Source: a virus
Taxonomy: Duplodnaviria > Heunggongvirae > Uroviricota > Caudoviricetes
Direction: 5' to 3' (one strand)
Length of the DNA stretch: 22,076 nt
IMG/VR virus record: IMGVR_UViG_3300028797_000106
Part shown: piece after piece, positions 1 through 8,648 of the stretch
How positions within the stretch are numbered: position 1 is the stretch's first letter
How the letters are laid out: every line of letters begins with the position of its first letter
Translations under genes and position numbers: made by a program
Notes under the pieces: generated by a model
Seen by the model: the letters and a program-made list of their open reading frames with translations, nothing else
Told to the model about the DNA's origin: nothing
Database searches by the model: none

Positions 1-2
1 AA

Positions 3-1112
3 GTTCAGGTACACGATAATGAAATCGTTGCCATTTATGCTATAGTTCCTGTGGTTGATAAGATTAACTTGTTTACCACAGATGCAAATGGTAAGATAAC
101 ATCAGTAGATTATTACAAGTCACAGATAAACATCGGCGGTGTGCCGTTGTGGGTGCAGAATATGCGCCGCTTGTGGCCTAAAATTGAAGGTCGAGATGTA
201 GATGAAATACTTGATAAGGCTTTGTCAGATGAAACCAAGGCTTGGATGACGCCCGAAGAATTTTATAACAAGCAGTCAACCACTACGAAGAGCATTAAGT
301 CGGGTGAAGACGGTTATACCATCGCAAAGGTTAAGACAAAGGATACAGAAGAAAAGAAAACCATCCCCGTTTGGTTCTGGGTGAACAGTTTGGCTAACTG
401 GTGTACCTTCAAACACGGCGAAAGACACTGCACTAAGCTCTGCGTATGGAACGGCCGTAATGGTTGGGATGAACTCGATGAAATTATCAAGCCACTTGCG
501 AAAACACAAACGATTTTACAGCAGTATTATTATGACATCACCCGTTTTATCAGAGGTGTCATTATAAATGCTAAGACATACTACAACAGATCAAAGTATC
601 GCTATAAGTGCATCAAGCTACCTTATGATACCAAGTTTTCGCAGTATGACGAAAACAACTTCCAGTGTATCAAGATCGGCAGAGTGCATTTGAATGATAA
701 AGGAACCCAAAGATATCCGTTCACAACGGGTATTCCTCCAGTAATGCGTCTCCCATCAGGTGAACTTGCTCTTATCTACTACCTAGTTCTGCCTGGTATG
801 ACGAAGAAACACGAGGTTATCTACAATGACCACATGGACTTCATCAACTCTGTATGCGTTGCATACTTTGGTAAAGGTGAAGATAAGACAATTCGTGAAG
901 ACTGGAAGCGTTTTTACAAGTTAAAGGATGTTCTAGAAGAAAAAGCAAGTGATATTGTGACCGACGATGTTTCAACACTGATTGACGCCGAGGAAATAAA
1001 TACAATACATACGGATAATGTCCTGCAGAATGTGACAATGAACATTCCAAGACAATATCCTGAGACTTTGGACGCTACAGCTGATAGCTTTGTTGAAGAT
1101 TGGAGACAATAA
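3..1112 (+). CDS. Hypothetical phage protein, 5'-truncated (at least 369 aa), probably virion-associated
   Basis: The ORF track starts at GTG 51, but the frame is open back to base 3 (VQVHDNEIVAIYAIVP...), so the real start lies upstream of the window. Its TAA abuts the next ATG (TAAATG). No family recognised; the virion role is inferred from operon context. Confidence 0.8.
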   Translation, partial: VQVHDNEIVAIYAIVPVVDKINLFTTDANGKITSVDYYKSQINIGGVPLWVQNMRRLWPKIEGRDVDEILDKALSDETKAWMTPEEFYNKQSTTTKSIKSGEDGYTIAKVKTKDTEEKKTIPVWFWVNSLANWCTFKHGERHCTKLCVWNGRNGWDELDEIIKPLAKTQTILQQYYYDITRFIRGVIINAKTYYNRSKYRYKCIKLPYDTKFSQYDENNFQCIKIGRVHLNDKGTQRYPFTTGIPPVMRLPSGELALIYYLVLPGMTKKHEVIYNDHMDFINSVCVAYFGKGEDKTIREDWKRFYKLKDVLEEKASDIVTDDVSTLIDAEEINTIHTDNVLQNVTMNIPRQYPETLDATADSFVEDWRQ

Positions 1113-4100
1113 ATGAGTTCCGTTGTATTTAATTCGTTTAAGCAGCGTTATTTGAATGGTGAAGTGCCGCACGATGACGAATGGAAATTCATTCCGGTAA
1201 ATAAATCATTCACCAAGAATTTTGGTCAAGACGAATTCCCTCTTGAGCAGTATAGAAGCATCTCTGATTTTTATGATCACGACTATAGTGCTATGGACAA
1301 CTCATACTTTGAAGGCATCAAGCGTGATATCTTCTGGTATAAACCTGCCGACACCGATAGCATTCACAAGCCGATGTATATCACATCAGGTTCTCTCGGT
1401 GAAAAGGGTAAGTATGATAAGCGTTCTAACTGGGAAGACTTCCAAGAAACGATTTACATGAAGGATATTTCAGGCAACTCCGCAATACCCGGTTATTTGG
1501 CAAGCGGCGGTTTCTATTATATCCGAACAAAGGATGAACTCCGTTGGTTTGCAGCAAGAGCTAACACAGGCAATAACCGAATCATCGGTGTTTTGGGTGA
1601 CGGCATTGACGGAGTTATAAGAGGACAGATTGGTTCGGACGAAAATTATCCGTTCCAGGGCGTCTTTGATGGTAACGGTCACACACTTGGTGATGTGGCG
1701 GTGGTTTGTGATAGCGTTGATAACGGTCTTATCGGTGTTTTGGGTCAAGACGGTGTTGTAAAGAACATCAAGTTGAAGAATACCCAAAGCGGTATTAACT
1801 TGTTGTGTGAAAAACGCATTGACTTGAACCACATCAAGACTGACGGTCGTGATATTAACGCCGGCTTGCTTGTTGGTAGAAACTATGGACGCATTGAAAA
1901 CATTGATGGCTCTGAACTTCAGACCTTCAAGTTCTCAGGTTTCGTGCCACAGGTTTATTCAGTGACGAATAAGTCCGATGATTATAAGGATTTCTACACA
2001 ACAATTAGACCTAAGTATGATAACGGTGAAAACTTCTACTTCTTGAACTCATGGTGCATTAACTCACCGGGTAATATCTGTCCTTATGTAGGCTATTTTG
2101 CAGAAGGCTTGTTTGCTCAGTCAGCAAGAGGCTTTGATGCCAATGGTGGTATCTGCGCTATTGAATGTTCACCTGCTTTGAAATCAAAGTATGATGCAGG
2201 TTTGTGCGATGTATCTTTGAAACTCGAGTCTAAGTGCTCAAAGATTGCCTTCTTCGTGAAGCCTTTCTCGCCTACTTCACCTGACTGGACAACGCCTGAG
2301 GAATTTAGAGATATTTGGCACTGTCAGTCATGTGATGCTCGCTGGGGTACCAACTGCGTTATGTTCGTTGGTTTTGAAACAGAAGATGAAACTGGCAAGA
2401 AGGTCACTTACGTTCTTGAAATGAACGGTACCGCTTATGATAAAAAGTCAGGTACTGGTAAGCGCCGTTACCATTTCCACTGTGGTCACTATGATTTCAG
2501 ACAACATTTGAAGACTGCAGCTTATGGTGATGCATGGGATGATGCAGAAGACATCGGCGATGATGACGAAATTAGAGATGGTTGGAAAAATTACTATGTG
2601 TTATTCAAAAATGGACCAGAAAGCGATTGGGTATGGGTACCTTGGTTCAAGGAATACAACAACGGTGAAGACGATTCTAACGAAGAACAAGCTATTGCCG
2701 ATGATGAATATGTTATAGGTGATGACGACATTCGCGTTTACACATCTGATGGTATTCCTGCAAAGATTAACAACAAAGATATTCAGTCACTTTACTTCGC
2801 ACCTAGAAACTTTGATACATCAAATGCTATGTGGCCTACAACTACATACACAGGTAATGTTAAGGCAGGTGTTCAGGTTCCTTTCACTGTCACATTGGCA
2901 GGTGAAACTGCTGCTACAAACTTCTATATGAAGTTGACTGCAGACCAACCTATTCTCCAGTTCTTTACCGATGAAGAAGATGTTGATGACGATGATGAAG
3001 ATGCACCAGCACCTATAGATGTAGCATACACAAACTTCTTCTATGCCGATGGAGAACATGCTGGTGAAAATATCAGTGAAGAAACTTTCGATGCAAATGA
3101 AGACATCTTAATTCAGGCAGCACGTAATACATTAGCAAACGCTGTTTCTGATGAAACATACACAGCTTGGACAATTCACGCTGATGAACCGCATCATGAC
3201 TATGGTGGAGAAATTGTTGTTGATGACCAAGACGAATGGTTCTTTGAACAGTATTTCACTAACCGCTGTAAGTATGAACGAACATGGGAAAAGGGATACA
3301 CATACCAATACCTAAATGATTATGATATCGGTATTAACAACCAGGACGGTATTCGTTCAGAAGGTACTCTTGATGTGACCCTCTTAACAGTTGGTCGCTT
3401 CCAGTACCGTCCGTTTGTTCATGCATCAGATGATGATACAGCAATAGCTGCTTGGGGTGATAAGCGTGTTCCGATTAACCCTGGTACTAAGCTTTACCTT
3501 GTATCTGCATACTTCAAGCAGCAAGGCTATGCTGATGAAGACGCAGTTAATCATGCTCTAGCATACGTAGCTGAAAATGCGAAGCTTTACATTGATAACC
3601 CTAACTATTACGGTATGGACCGCAATGGGTTGTGGACGACGAACTGTGTTCGCCCTGACCCAGAAGATCAGAACTGGTCAAGAGGCCTAACCGCAAACCG
3701 TGAAAGCTGGTTGAGCACTTTGAACTTTAACTGGAACATCATGCAAAAGATGTTTGATACTGAAAAGCAGTATTATAAAGAAATGAGCCAGTATGCATCT
3801 CTTGATGACGGTGATGATCCGGCCCTTACATATTCTGACCTTGATTTTGCTGATGAATGGTATCGTGACTCTGACTTGCCACACGCTATTTTGAATAAGC
3901 CTATCAGAATGCACAACATGGCAAGAGCTGCATATTACATTTCACCGATTGCCGGCGCCAACTACGGTCGCATTAAGAACGTCATCGTTAGCTCTGACCG
4001 CGAAAACGTCGGTAACTTCGTGGGCTTTGTTGGTTCACTTGCTGGTAAGCAGGAACGCGGCGTTGTTGAAAGCGCACATGTGTATGCCAGAGATCAGTTC

Positions 4101-6119
4101 ACCTATTGGGCTGGCCTACCAGAAGAACCAACTCATGATGGAAGAACTGATGAAGAATTTGAAAGAGACCACACAGCGTGGGAAACCGCTCGTTCTGCAT
4201 ATAACTTCCAAGTTCGTTATAAGCAAACTCCGATTATGCCTTCTGCCGTTTCTGAAGCAGTTCAAACCTTGGGTGAAAACCCAGATGACAACTGGACTGA
4301 ATGGCAGTACTATCCATCTGAAGCATCTGAAGTAATCAGCGAAGATTACATTCACGAAATTGTGAAGGGACATAGCAGCTTGTCGGCATACCTACAAGAA
4401 CAAGGTGTGACGATGTATGGCGAAACTGCAGGAACCTATGTTTACTCTGCAGGTCCAGGTGAAGTATATACTTCTGACTATGTAATGGAATGTTATAAGG
4501 AAAATCCTAACTATGTATTTGAAAAACGCTTCTATGATGCCTCTTTGCCGATAAGACAATTTACATCAGCATGGTATGATGATTACGAATCTACTGCAAC
4601 ACAGCCTTATGACGATGTTATTACTTATAACCTTCGCCCAATTTTCAATGCTGGTGGTTTGTTCGGTAAGATCGTGCCGACATACAATGAAAATAAGATT
4701 GAACTCTCAGGTTCTGCTTCGAGAGGTACCCAGCTGCACCACATTGATGTGCATTACATTTTGAATGACCCGCTTCCTTATGCTGGAGTTACTGGCGCTG
4801 ATTTGGCTCAGTATTATACAAAGGATATTCACGATACCTTCGGTGCTATCGCAGGTCTTGTTGAAGTTCAGACTTCAGAATTGGGTCAATGGAACTATGC
4901 CGATAAGAACTCGGTTAACATGGGCAACATAAACGTCAGCGGTGAAGGTAATGCAATGCCTAATAAGCCGGTGACACCGTTCGGTTTCATCTCATACCAG
5001 CCAACTGAATTGAATACCGTTCAGGCAACGAAGAGCTCACCTCGTCAAAAGAACGGTGACTGGTGCGGTGAATACACTGAAACCACTTGGGCTCTTGATG
5101 CTCCTGTCGTAATTAACAATAAGATGTGGTGGTCAAAGAATTATTACTGCTTTGCTCCGATTAACCAATCATCGGCAGCGTTCTTCATGATGTCAAAATC
5201 ATTGTCAGCAATTAGACCTACACATACTGATAAGATGAACTACTTCTCTGAAATGACAAACAAGTTATTGCTTCCTTATGGCAACAGCACTGACAATTCA
5301 GTTAACATCAATACCAATGAACTTAGCTACTGCAATGCTGACGCATTTGACTTCTATCAGAATTACCGTGGCCCGATGTCAATTCAGGCATCATTCGGTT
5401 CACAGGTCACATTTGAACCTGCTATCGGATTTAACAACCCAGCCACAGGTAATCAAGAAATGTTGAAATATGAACGCTGCGGCGCTACAAGAACATACTC
5501 AATGACAAGAGACACACTTCGTGCTAGCGACTTGTTCAACCATGTGACAGAATTCTCACCTGTCAACGTTGACTGCTTGTGTGATGGCGAAATCTTTAAC
5601 AACAAAGAAAGATTTGATGACAAGTACTTTGAATATACCTACTCTTCAACAACTTCATTTGTTGATGACTGGACCTTTAAGCACAATGTTATCTTTACAT
5701 CGGCTCTTAAGGACGCTGACGCTGGCAAGCCGGTGACAATGAATGAAAAGGCAACCTTGGGTTATGTATTCCGTGACCCGATGGCATACTCCGCTGATGG
5801 CTTCTGGTATAATTACAACTACTTGCACATCGGCAACTCTGTATCGCCTGCATACATTCGTGAAAACATTAAGAAGCCTGGTGCCGTGCTTCACACCTCT
5901 GCTTGCTCAGGTGCTTACTATGATGAGAACAACGAACTGGTCAGCGCTAAGGGCGACCACGACTTTGGCGGCGTGCTTGTTGTAGACGGTCAGGACCGAA
6001 CAGTAATGTTTATAGATAATACAGATGGTTCTAAAATTGATGGTGGTTCATGGAACATGGCTTGTGAACCTGTCACTTATCAAGGACACCGCGGCGGTCT
6101 ATTGTTGGAGGTTAAGTAA
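1113..6119 (+). CDS. Large (1668 aa) acidic putative virion fibre/adhesin protein with GLUG-like beta-helix motifs
   Basis: YYIRTKDELRWFA...FQGVFDGNGHTL...GLIGVLGQDGVVKNIKL...NAGLLVGRNYGRIENI matches the GLUG/ZmpB-type beta-helix pattern. Further rungs: ISPIAGANYGRIKNV, FVGSLAGKQERGVVES, NAGGLFGKI, FGAIAGLV. GGAG SD lies upstream. It shares an operon with the neck gene. The ORF is certain; the function is inferred. Confidence 0.7.
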   Translation: MSSVVFNSFKQRYLNGEVPHDDEWKFIPVNKSFTKNFGQDEFPLEQYRSISDFYDHDYSAMDNSYFEGIKRDIFWYKPADTDSIHKPMYITSGSLGEKGKYDKRSNWEDFQETIYMKDISGNSAIPGYLASGGFYYIRTKDELRWFAARANTGNNRIIGVLGDGIDGVIRGQIGSDENYPFQGVFDGNGHTLGDVAVVCDSVDNGLIGVLGQDGVVKNIKLKNTQSGINLLCEKRIDLNHIKTDGRDINAGLLVGRNYGRIENIDGSELQTFKFSGFVPQVYSVTNKSDDYKDFYTTIRPKYDNGENFYFLNSWCINSPGNICPYVGYFAEGLFAQSARGFDANGGICAIECSPALKSKYDAGLCDVSLKLESKCSKIAFFVKPFSPTSPDWTTPEEFRDIWHCQSCDARWGTNCVMFVGFETEDETGKKVTYVLEMNGTAYDKKSGTGKRRYHFHCGHYDFRQHLKTAAYGDAWDDAEDIGDDDEIRDGWKNYYVLFKNGPESDWVWVPWFKEYNNGEDDSNEEQAIADDEYVIGDDDIRVYTSDGIPAKINNKDIQSLYFAPRNFDTSNAMWPTTTYTGNVKAGVQVPFTVTLAGETAATNFYMKLTADQPILQFFTDEEDVDDDDEDAPAPIDVAYTNFFYADGEHAGENISEETFDANEDILIQAARNTLANAVSDETYTAWTIHADEPHHDYGGEIVVDDQDEWFFEQYFTNRCKYERTWEKGYTYQYLNDYDIGINNQDGIRSEGTLDVTLLTVGRFQYRPFVHASDDDTAIAAWGDKRVPINPGTKLYLVSAYFKQQGYADEDAVNHALAYVAENAKLYIDNPNYYGMDRNGLWTTNCVRPDPEDQNWSRGLTANRESWLSTLNFNWNIMQKMFDTEKQYYKEMSQYASLDDGDDPALTYSDLDFADEWYRDSDLPHAILNKPIRMHNMARAAYYISPIAGANYGRIKNVIVSSDRENVGNFVGFVGSLAGKQERGVVESAHVYARDQFTYWAGLPEEPTHDGRTDEEFERDHTAWETARSAYNFQVRYKQTPIMPSAVSEAVQTLGENPDDNWTEWQYYPSEASEVISEDYIHEIVKGHSSLSAYLQEQGVTMYGETAGTYVYSAGPGEVYTSDYVMECYKENPNYVFEKRFYDASLPIRQFTSAWYDDYESTATQPYDDVITYNLRPIFNAGGLFGKIVPTYNENKIELSGSASRGTQLHHIDVHYILNDPLPYAGVTGADLAQYYTKDIHDTFGAIAGLVEVQTSELGQWNYADKNSVNMGNINVSGEGNAMPNKPVTPFGFISYQPTELNTVQATKSSPRQKNGDWCGEYTETTWALDAPVVINNKMWWSKNYYCFAPINQSSAAFFMMSKSLSAIRPTHTDKMNYFSEMTNKLLLPYGNSTDNSVNINTNELSYCNADAFDFYQNYRGPMSIQASFGSQVTFEPAIGFNNPATGNQEMLKYERCGATRTYSMTRDTLRASDLFNHVTEFSPVNVDCLCDGEIFNNKERFDDKYFEYTYSSTTSFVDDWTFKHNVIFTSALKDADAGKPVTMNEKATLGYVFRDPMAYSADGFWYNYNYLHIGNSVSPAYIRENIKKPGAVLHTSACSGAYYDENNELVSAKGDHDFGGVLVVDGQDRTVMFIDNTDGSKIDGGSWNMACEPVTYQGHRGGLLLEVK

Positions 6120-7078
6120 TGGCTGATTTTTCAGCAGGCTTAAACAAATTCATCTTCCCTGCATATAAGTATGCACTGGGTATGAACGAGATTACGGGTT
6201 ACGATAATAACAACGTAGCCCTATCTTGGGTTACTCAAGATGTGACCGCGCTGACGAACAAAAATTATTGGACGAGGGATTGTGCTTCGCCTTTCCTTCG
6301 TTATTCAGCGTTCTGGTGGGTACCCGATAATGCAATTCAGTTTGCTGATACATATCTGCAAAGTGTTAAAGAAGGTTCAATTAACTCCAAGACAGAAGCG
6401 TCTGGTGAATTGACCTATCAGAACATGACACATACCGAGCCTGAGTATTACTTGTTCACAAAGGGCTTGAAAGGCGCAAGACATTATTTGTCTGCGTGCC
6501 CAATGACGGGCGATCTTGACTACGATGTTAATGCAATGCAGTCAGTGATGATTGAAAACGGCAAGATGGTTTCTGCCGGTCGTAAGGCTAAGTACTTGAT
6601 GCAAGAATACGACCTATCTGGCGTGTATAGCTCTGCCCTTTATCAGAACCTTGGCATTCCTGAAGACACTGTCACTGAAAGCAAACTGTTCAAGGCATGC
6701 GCTGATACGATATTCCAAGATCGAGAGGACCTTGTCTCCGGTCGTGTTATAGATTATGTTAAGCAGCAGAAGCTCCTATCACAATTAGAGCTCAAAGGCA
6801 AGAACGGCTCAAAGGGTCTCAAAGGCTTGAAAGGACTTAAGGGCACAAAGGGTAAGAAGGGCGTAAACGGTATTGTGAATAACCGCACTGGCGAGTTCTA
6901 TTCAGGTAAGATACTTGAATACGGTGCCCGTGGCTTTATCCTTTCTTATACAGACGAAAATCATGTCAGCGGCAATATGATACCGATGGCTTATTATGAG
7001 TTCCCAAAACCACTTTACTCAAATCAAGACTATATCAAAATCGTTTGGAACACCAATGGCTTTGTGGAGGTTGAGTAA
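6119..7078 (+). CDS. Putative structural protein (319 aa) with a short Lys-rich collagen-like (G-X-Y) segment
   Basis: TAATG overlap with the upstream gene and a GGAGG SD. Contains GKNGSKGLKGLKGLKGTKGKKGVNG. Its termini loosely resemble a small phage tail-associated protein family (from memory, unverified). Confidence 0.65.
   Translation: MADFSAGLNKFIFPAYKYALGMNEITGYDNNNVALSWVTQDVTALTNKNYWTRDCASPFLRYSAFWWVPDNAIQFADTYLQSVKEGSINSKTEASGELTYQNMTHTEPEYYLFTKGLKGARHYLSACPMTGDLDYDVNAMQSVMIENGKMVSAGRKAKYLMQEYDLSGVYSSALYQNLGIPEDTVTESKLFKACADTIFQDREDLVSGRVIDYVKQQKLLSQLELKGKNGSKGLKGLKGLKGTKGKKGVNGIVNNRTGEFYSGKILEYGARGFILSYTDENHVSGNMIPMAYYEFPKPLYSNQDYIKIVWNTNGFVEVE
6797..6871 (+). repeat. Collagen-like (Gly-X-Y)8 repeat, mostly G-X-K
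   Basis: Eight uninterrupted triplets: GKN GSK GLK GLK GLK GTK GKK GVN G. Synonymous codons differ between units (ggt ctc aaa / ggc ttg aaa / gga ctt aag). Confidence 0.85.
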
Positions 7079-7848
7079 TGGACTATTCAAAGTACCCATG
7101 GCTCTGCCCGACAACAGGACGCTATGAACCTGAATGTACCAATTCAGCGACAGGCAACCGAGTTTCAGAAGGCGAAAGCAATAATGCAGAAGCAGTCACT
7201 ACCGATGCTTATGGTACTTACGGCTTAAAGCTGGTTTATTATAAGGTATCGTTAAATACGAATGTTGACCCACTTTATGGAGAGGACCCTCTTCAGGTTA
7301 TTGAGCGTGCTTTTTACTTCAACGGTTATACCGATAAGATACCGCCTAACGTAAGATCATACCAACTGCAAGGTATCTTCGGTGAAGACCTGGTTCAGGT
7401 TTATGTGGGTAAGACTGCTTTCAAGTATTGGTCAACTTACGGCGGTGCCGATAGGAATACACCTGGTGAATATGAAGACTTTGAGCCAAGGATCGGTGAT
7501 GTCGTGTACTTTCCTGCGAATGACACCTTTTACGAAATCCGCGATGTAAAGTATTTCACCGAAGCCTTCGGTTTGGCCTCACATACATATACTTTGACTC
7601 TTAAGGTCTATAAGGACTGTAAGTACACAATTAAAACGGTTGACCCAACGCTTTCAGATTCTTCTGACCCAATCTGGCAAGTGGCGACTTCGGGCTTTGC
7701 GGCGTCCGCACAGACTGAAGATGTGCTGAAACTTAACAATGTTGTCAAAAATCTTAAAGAGGAGGAAGATTTTTACAACCCCGATATGATGTGGGAAGAC
7801 AAAAATAAAGGCGAAAAGCGAATTGACCCATTTGACGGGTGGAACTGA
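7078..7848 (+). CDS. gp14: Neck protein / head-closure protein, T4 gp14-like
   Basis: 256 aa. YGLKLVYY...DPLYGEDP...AFYFNGY, FGEDLVQVYVGKTAFK, EPRIGDVVYFPANDTFYEIRDV and the terminal DPFD parallel the T4 gp14 blocks as I recall them (GVECYY...[30 protein letters not shown]; SPFD). Confidence 0.88.
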   Translation: MDYSKYPWLCPTTGRYEPECTNSATGNRVSEGESNNAEAVTTDAYGTYGLKLVYYKVSLNTNVDPLYGEDPLQVIERAFYFNGYTDKIPPNVRSYQLQGIFGEDLVQVYVGKTAFKYWSTYGGADRNTPGEYEDFEPRIGDVVYFPANDTFYEIRDVKYFTEAFGLASHTYTLTLKVYKDCKYTIKTVDPTLSDSSDPIWQVATSGFAASAQTEDVLKLNNVVKNLKEEEDFYNPDMMWEDKNKGEKRIDPFDGWN

Positions 7849-7856
7849 AAAATTGG

Positions 7857-7890
7857 GCGCTTAATTTAATGAAATTTAAGCGCTTTTATT
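7857..7890 (+). terminator. Putative Rho-independent terminator ending the structural operon
   Basis: GCGCTTAA (7857-7864) and TTAAGCGC (7876-7883) form a perfect 8-bp inverted repeat followed by TTTTATT, starting 9 nt after the gp14 stop. Confidence 0.65.
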
Positions 7891-7953
7891 ACAGTTTTTA
7901 GCAGAAATCCTCGTAGATTCTTATATTTTTCCAAAATTCGGACAATTATACGG

Positions 7954-7978
7954 AAATCCGCAAAATTTGCGGATTTTT
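7954..7978. terminator. 23-bp near-perfect palindrome; second terminator or operator
   Basis: AAATCCGCAAA-A-TTTGCGGATTT: 11-bp arms with a 1-nt centre, followed by further Ts. Confidence 0.55.
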
Positions 7979-8012
7979 CAGTTATGTAAACAAAAATTTT
8001 ACGTTTCTACCA

Positions 8013-8041
8013 TTGCCAGAAACTGAAATAGTTGTTATTTT
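8013..8041 (+). promoter_or_regulatory. Sigma70-like early promoter P1
   Basis: TTGCCA (8013-8018), 17 nt, TATTTT (8036-8041) with an extended TGn. GTAAA at 8048. Leader AACAAGGAAACAAC precedes ATG 8078. Confidence 0.75.
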
Positions 8042-8077
8042 TTACTCGTAAATTGAAAACAACAAGGAAACAACAAA

Positions 8078-8305
8078 ATGAAATTGCAGGATTTGTTCAA
8101 AAAGCCGGAACTGAGGGATTTTTCAAATTTGCATCCCATCAACATTGAACACGGAACCCCGAAAACCCCGTTCATCAAGGAACTTGCGCCGCATTTGGGC
8201 CTTGCCGTTGTTGACCAGCATTTTGACAAAAACCTGTCGCCGTTCACTTGCGACCGAAATGAACCCGTATGCGTCTTCTTGGACGAAATTTGTATCGGAG
8301 GCTAA
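8078..8305 (+). CDS. Hypothetical protein (75 aa)
   Basis: AAGGA SD, first gene after P1, and its stop lies 2 nt before the next ATG. Confidence 0.7.
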   Translation: MKLQDLFKKPELRDFSNLHPINIEHGTPKTPFIKELAPHLGLAVVDQHFDKNLSPFTCDRNEPVCVFLDEICIGG

Positions 8306-8307
8306 CT

Positions 8308-8637
8308 ATGAACAAAAAGGAACTTGTTGAAAAGATGCGCAAGCAGATTGTTGAAAAGGACGAGCAGGCCGTCAAGGCCCTCCTCCGCCTACACGAATTT
8401 CAAACGGAAAGCGAACAGCGCACCGAAGACACCCACATCTTCAACGGGGTCGGATTTACAAAAGCCGATGCGAGGGTTTTGACTTCGCTTGTCAATTTCA
8501 AAAAGAAGACCGGCTTTTTGACGCCTAAGCAGATGAAGTTGTTGAAATATCGCATCGGCAAGTATGCCGGACAACTTGTTGAACTGTCAATTAAGAAAGG
8601 TTTGATTAAGAAAGGCGACAACGGTTACGCCGCCTAA
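8308..8637 (+). CDS. Conserved-looking hypothetical phage protein (109 aa)
   Basis: GGAGG SD supports ATG 8308 rather than the track start at 8269. The pattern ALLRLHEFQTESEQ...T...NGVGFTKADARVLTS...LTPKQ...KYAGQL resembles a recurrent uncharacterised phage family (from memory). Confidence 0.8.
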   Translation: MNKKELVEKMRKQIVEKDEQAVKALLRLHEFQTESEQRTEDTHIFNGVGFTKADARVLTSLVNFKKKTGFLTPKQMKLLKYRIGKYAGQLVELSIKKGLIKKGDNGYAA

Positions 8638-8648
8638 GGAGATTGAAC

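Noticed and set aside
1110-1115. In-frame TAA-ATG junction between ORF1 and the 1668-aa gene (and the in-frame pair at 13178/13194) as possible split genes
   Set aside because: TAA is the dominant, efficient stop, and each downstream gene has its own SD. Nothing suggests a broken single gene.
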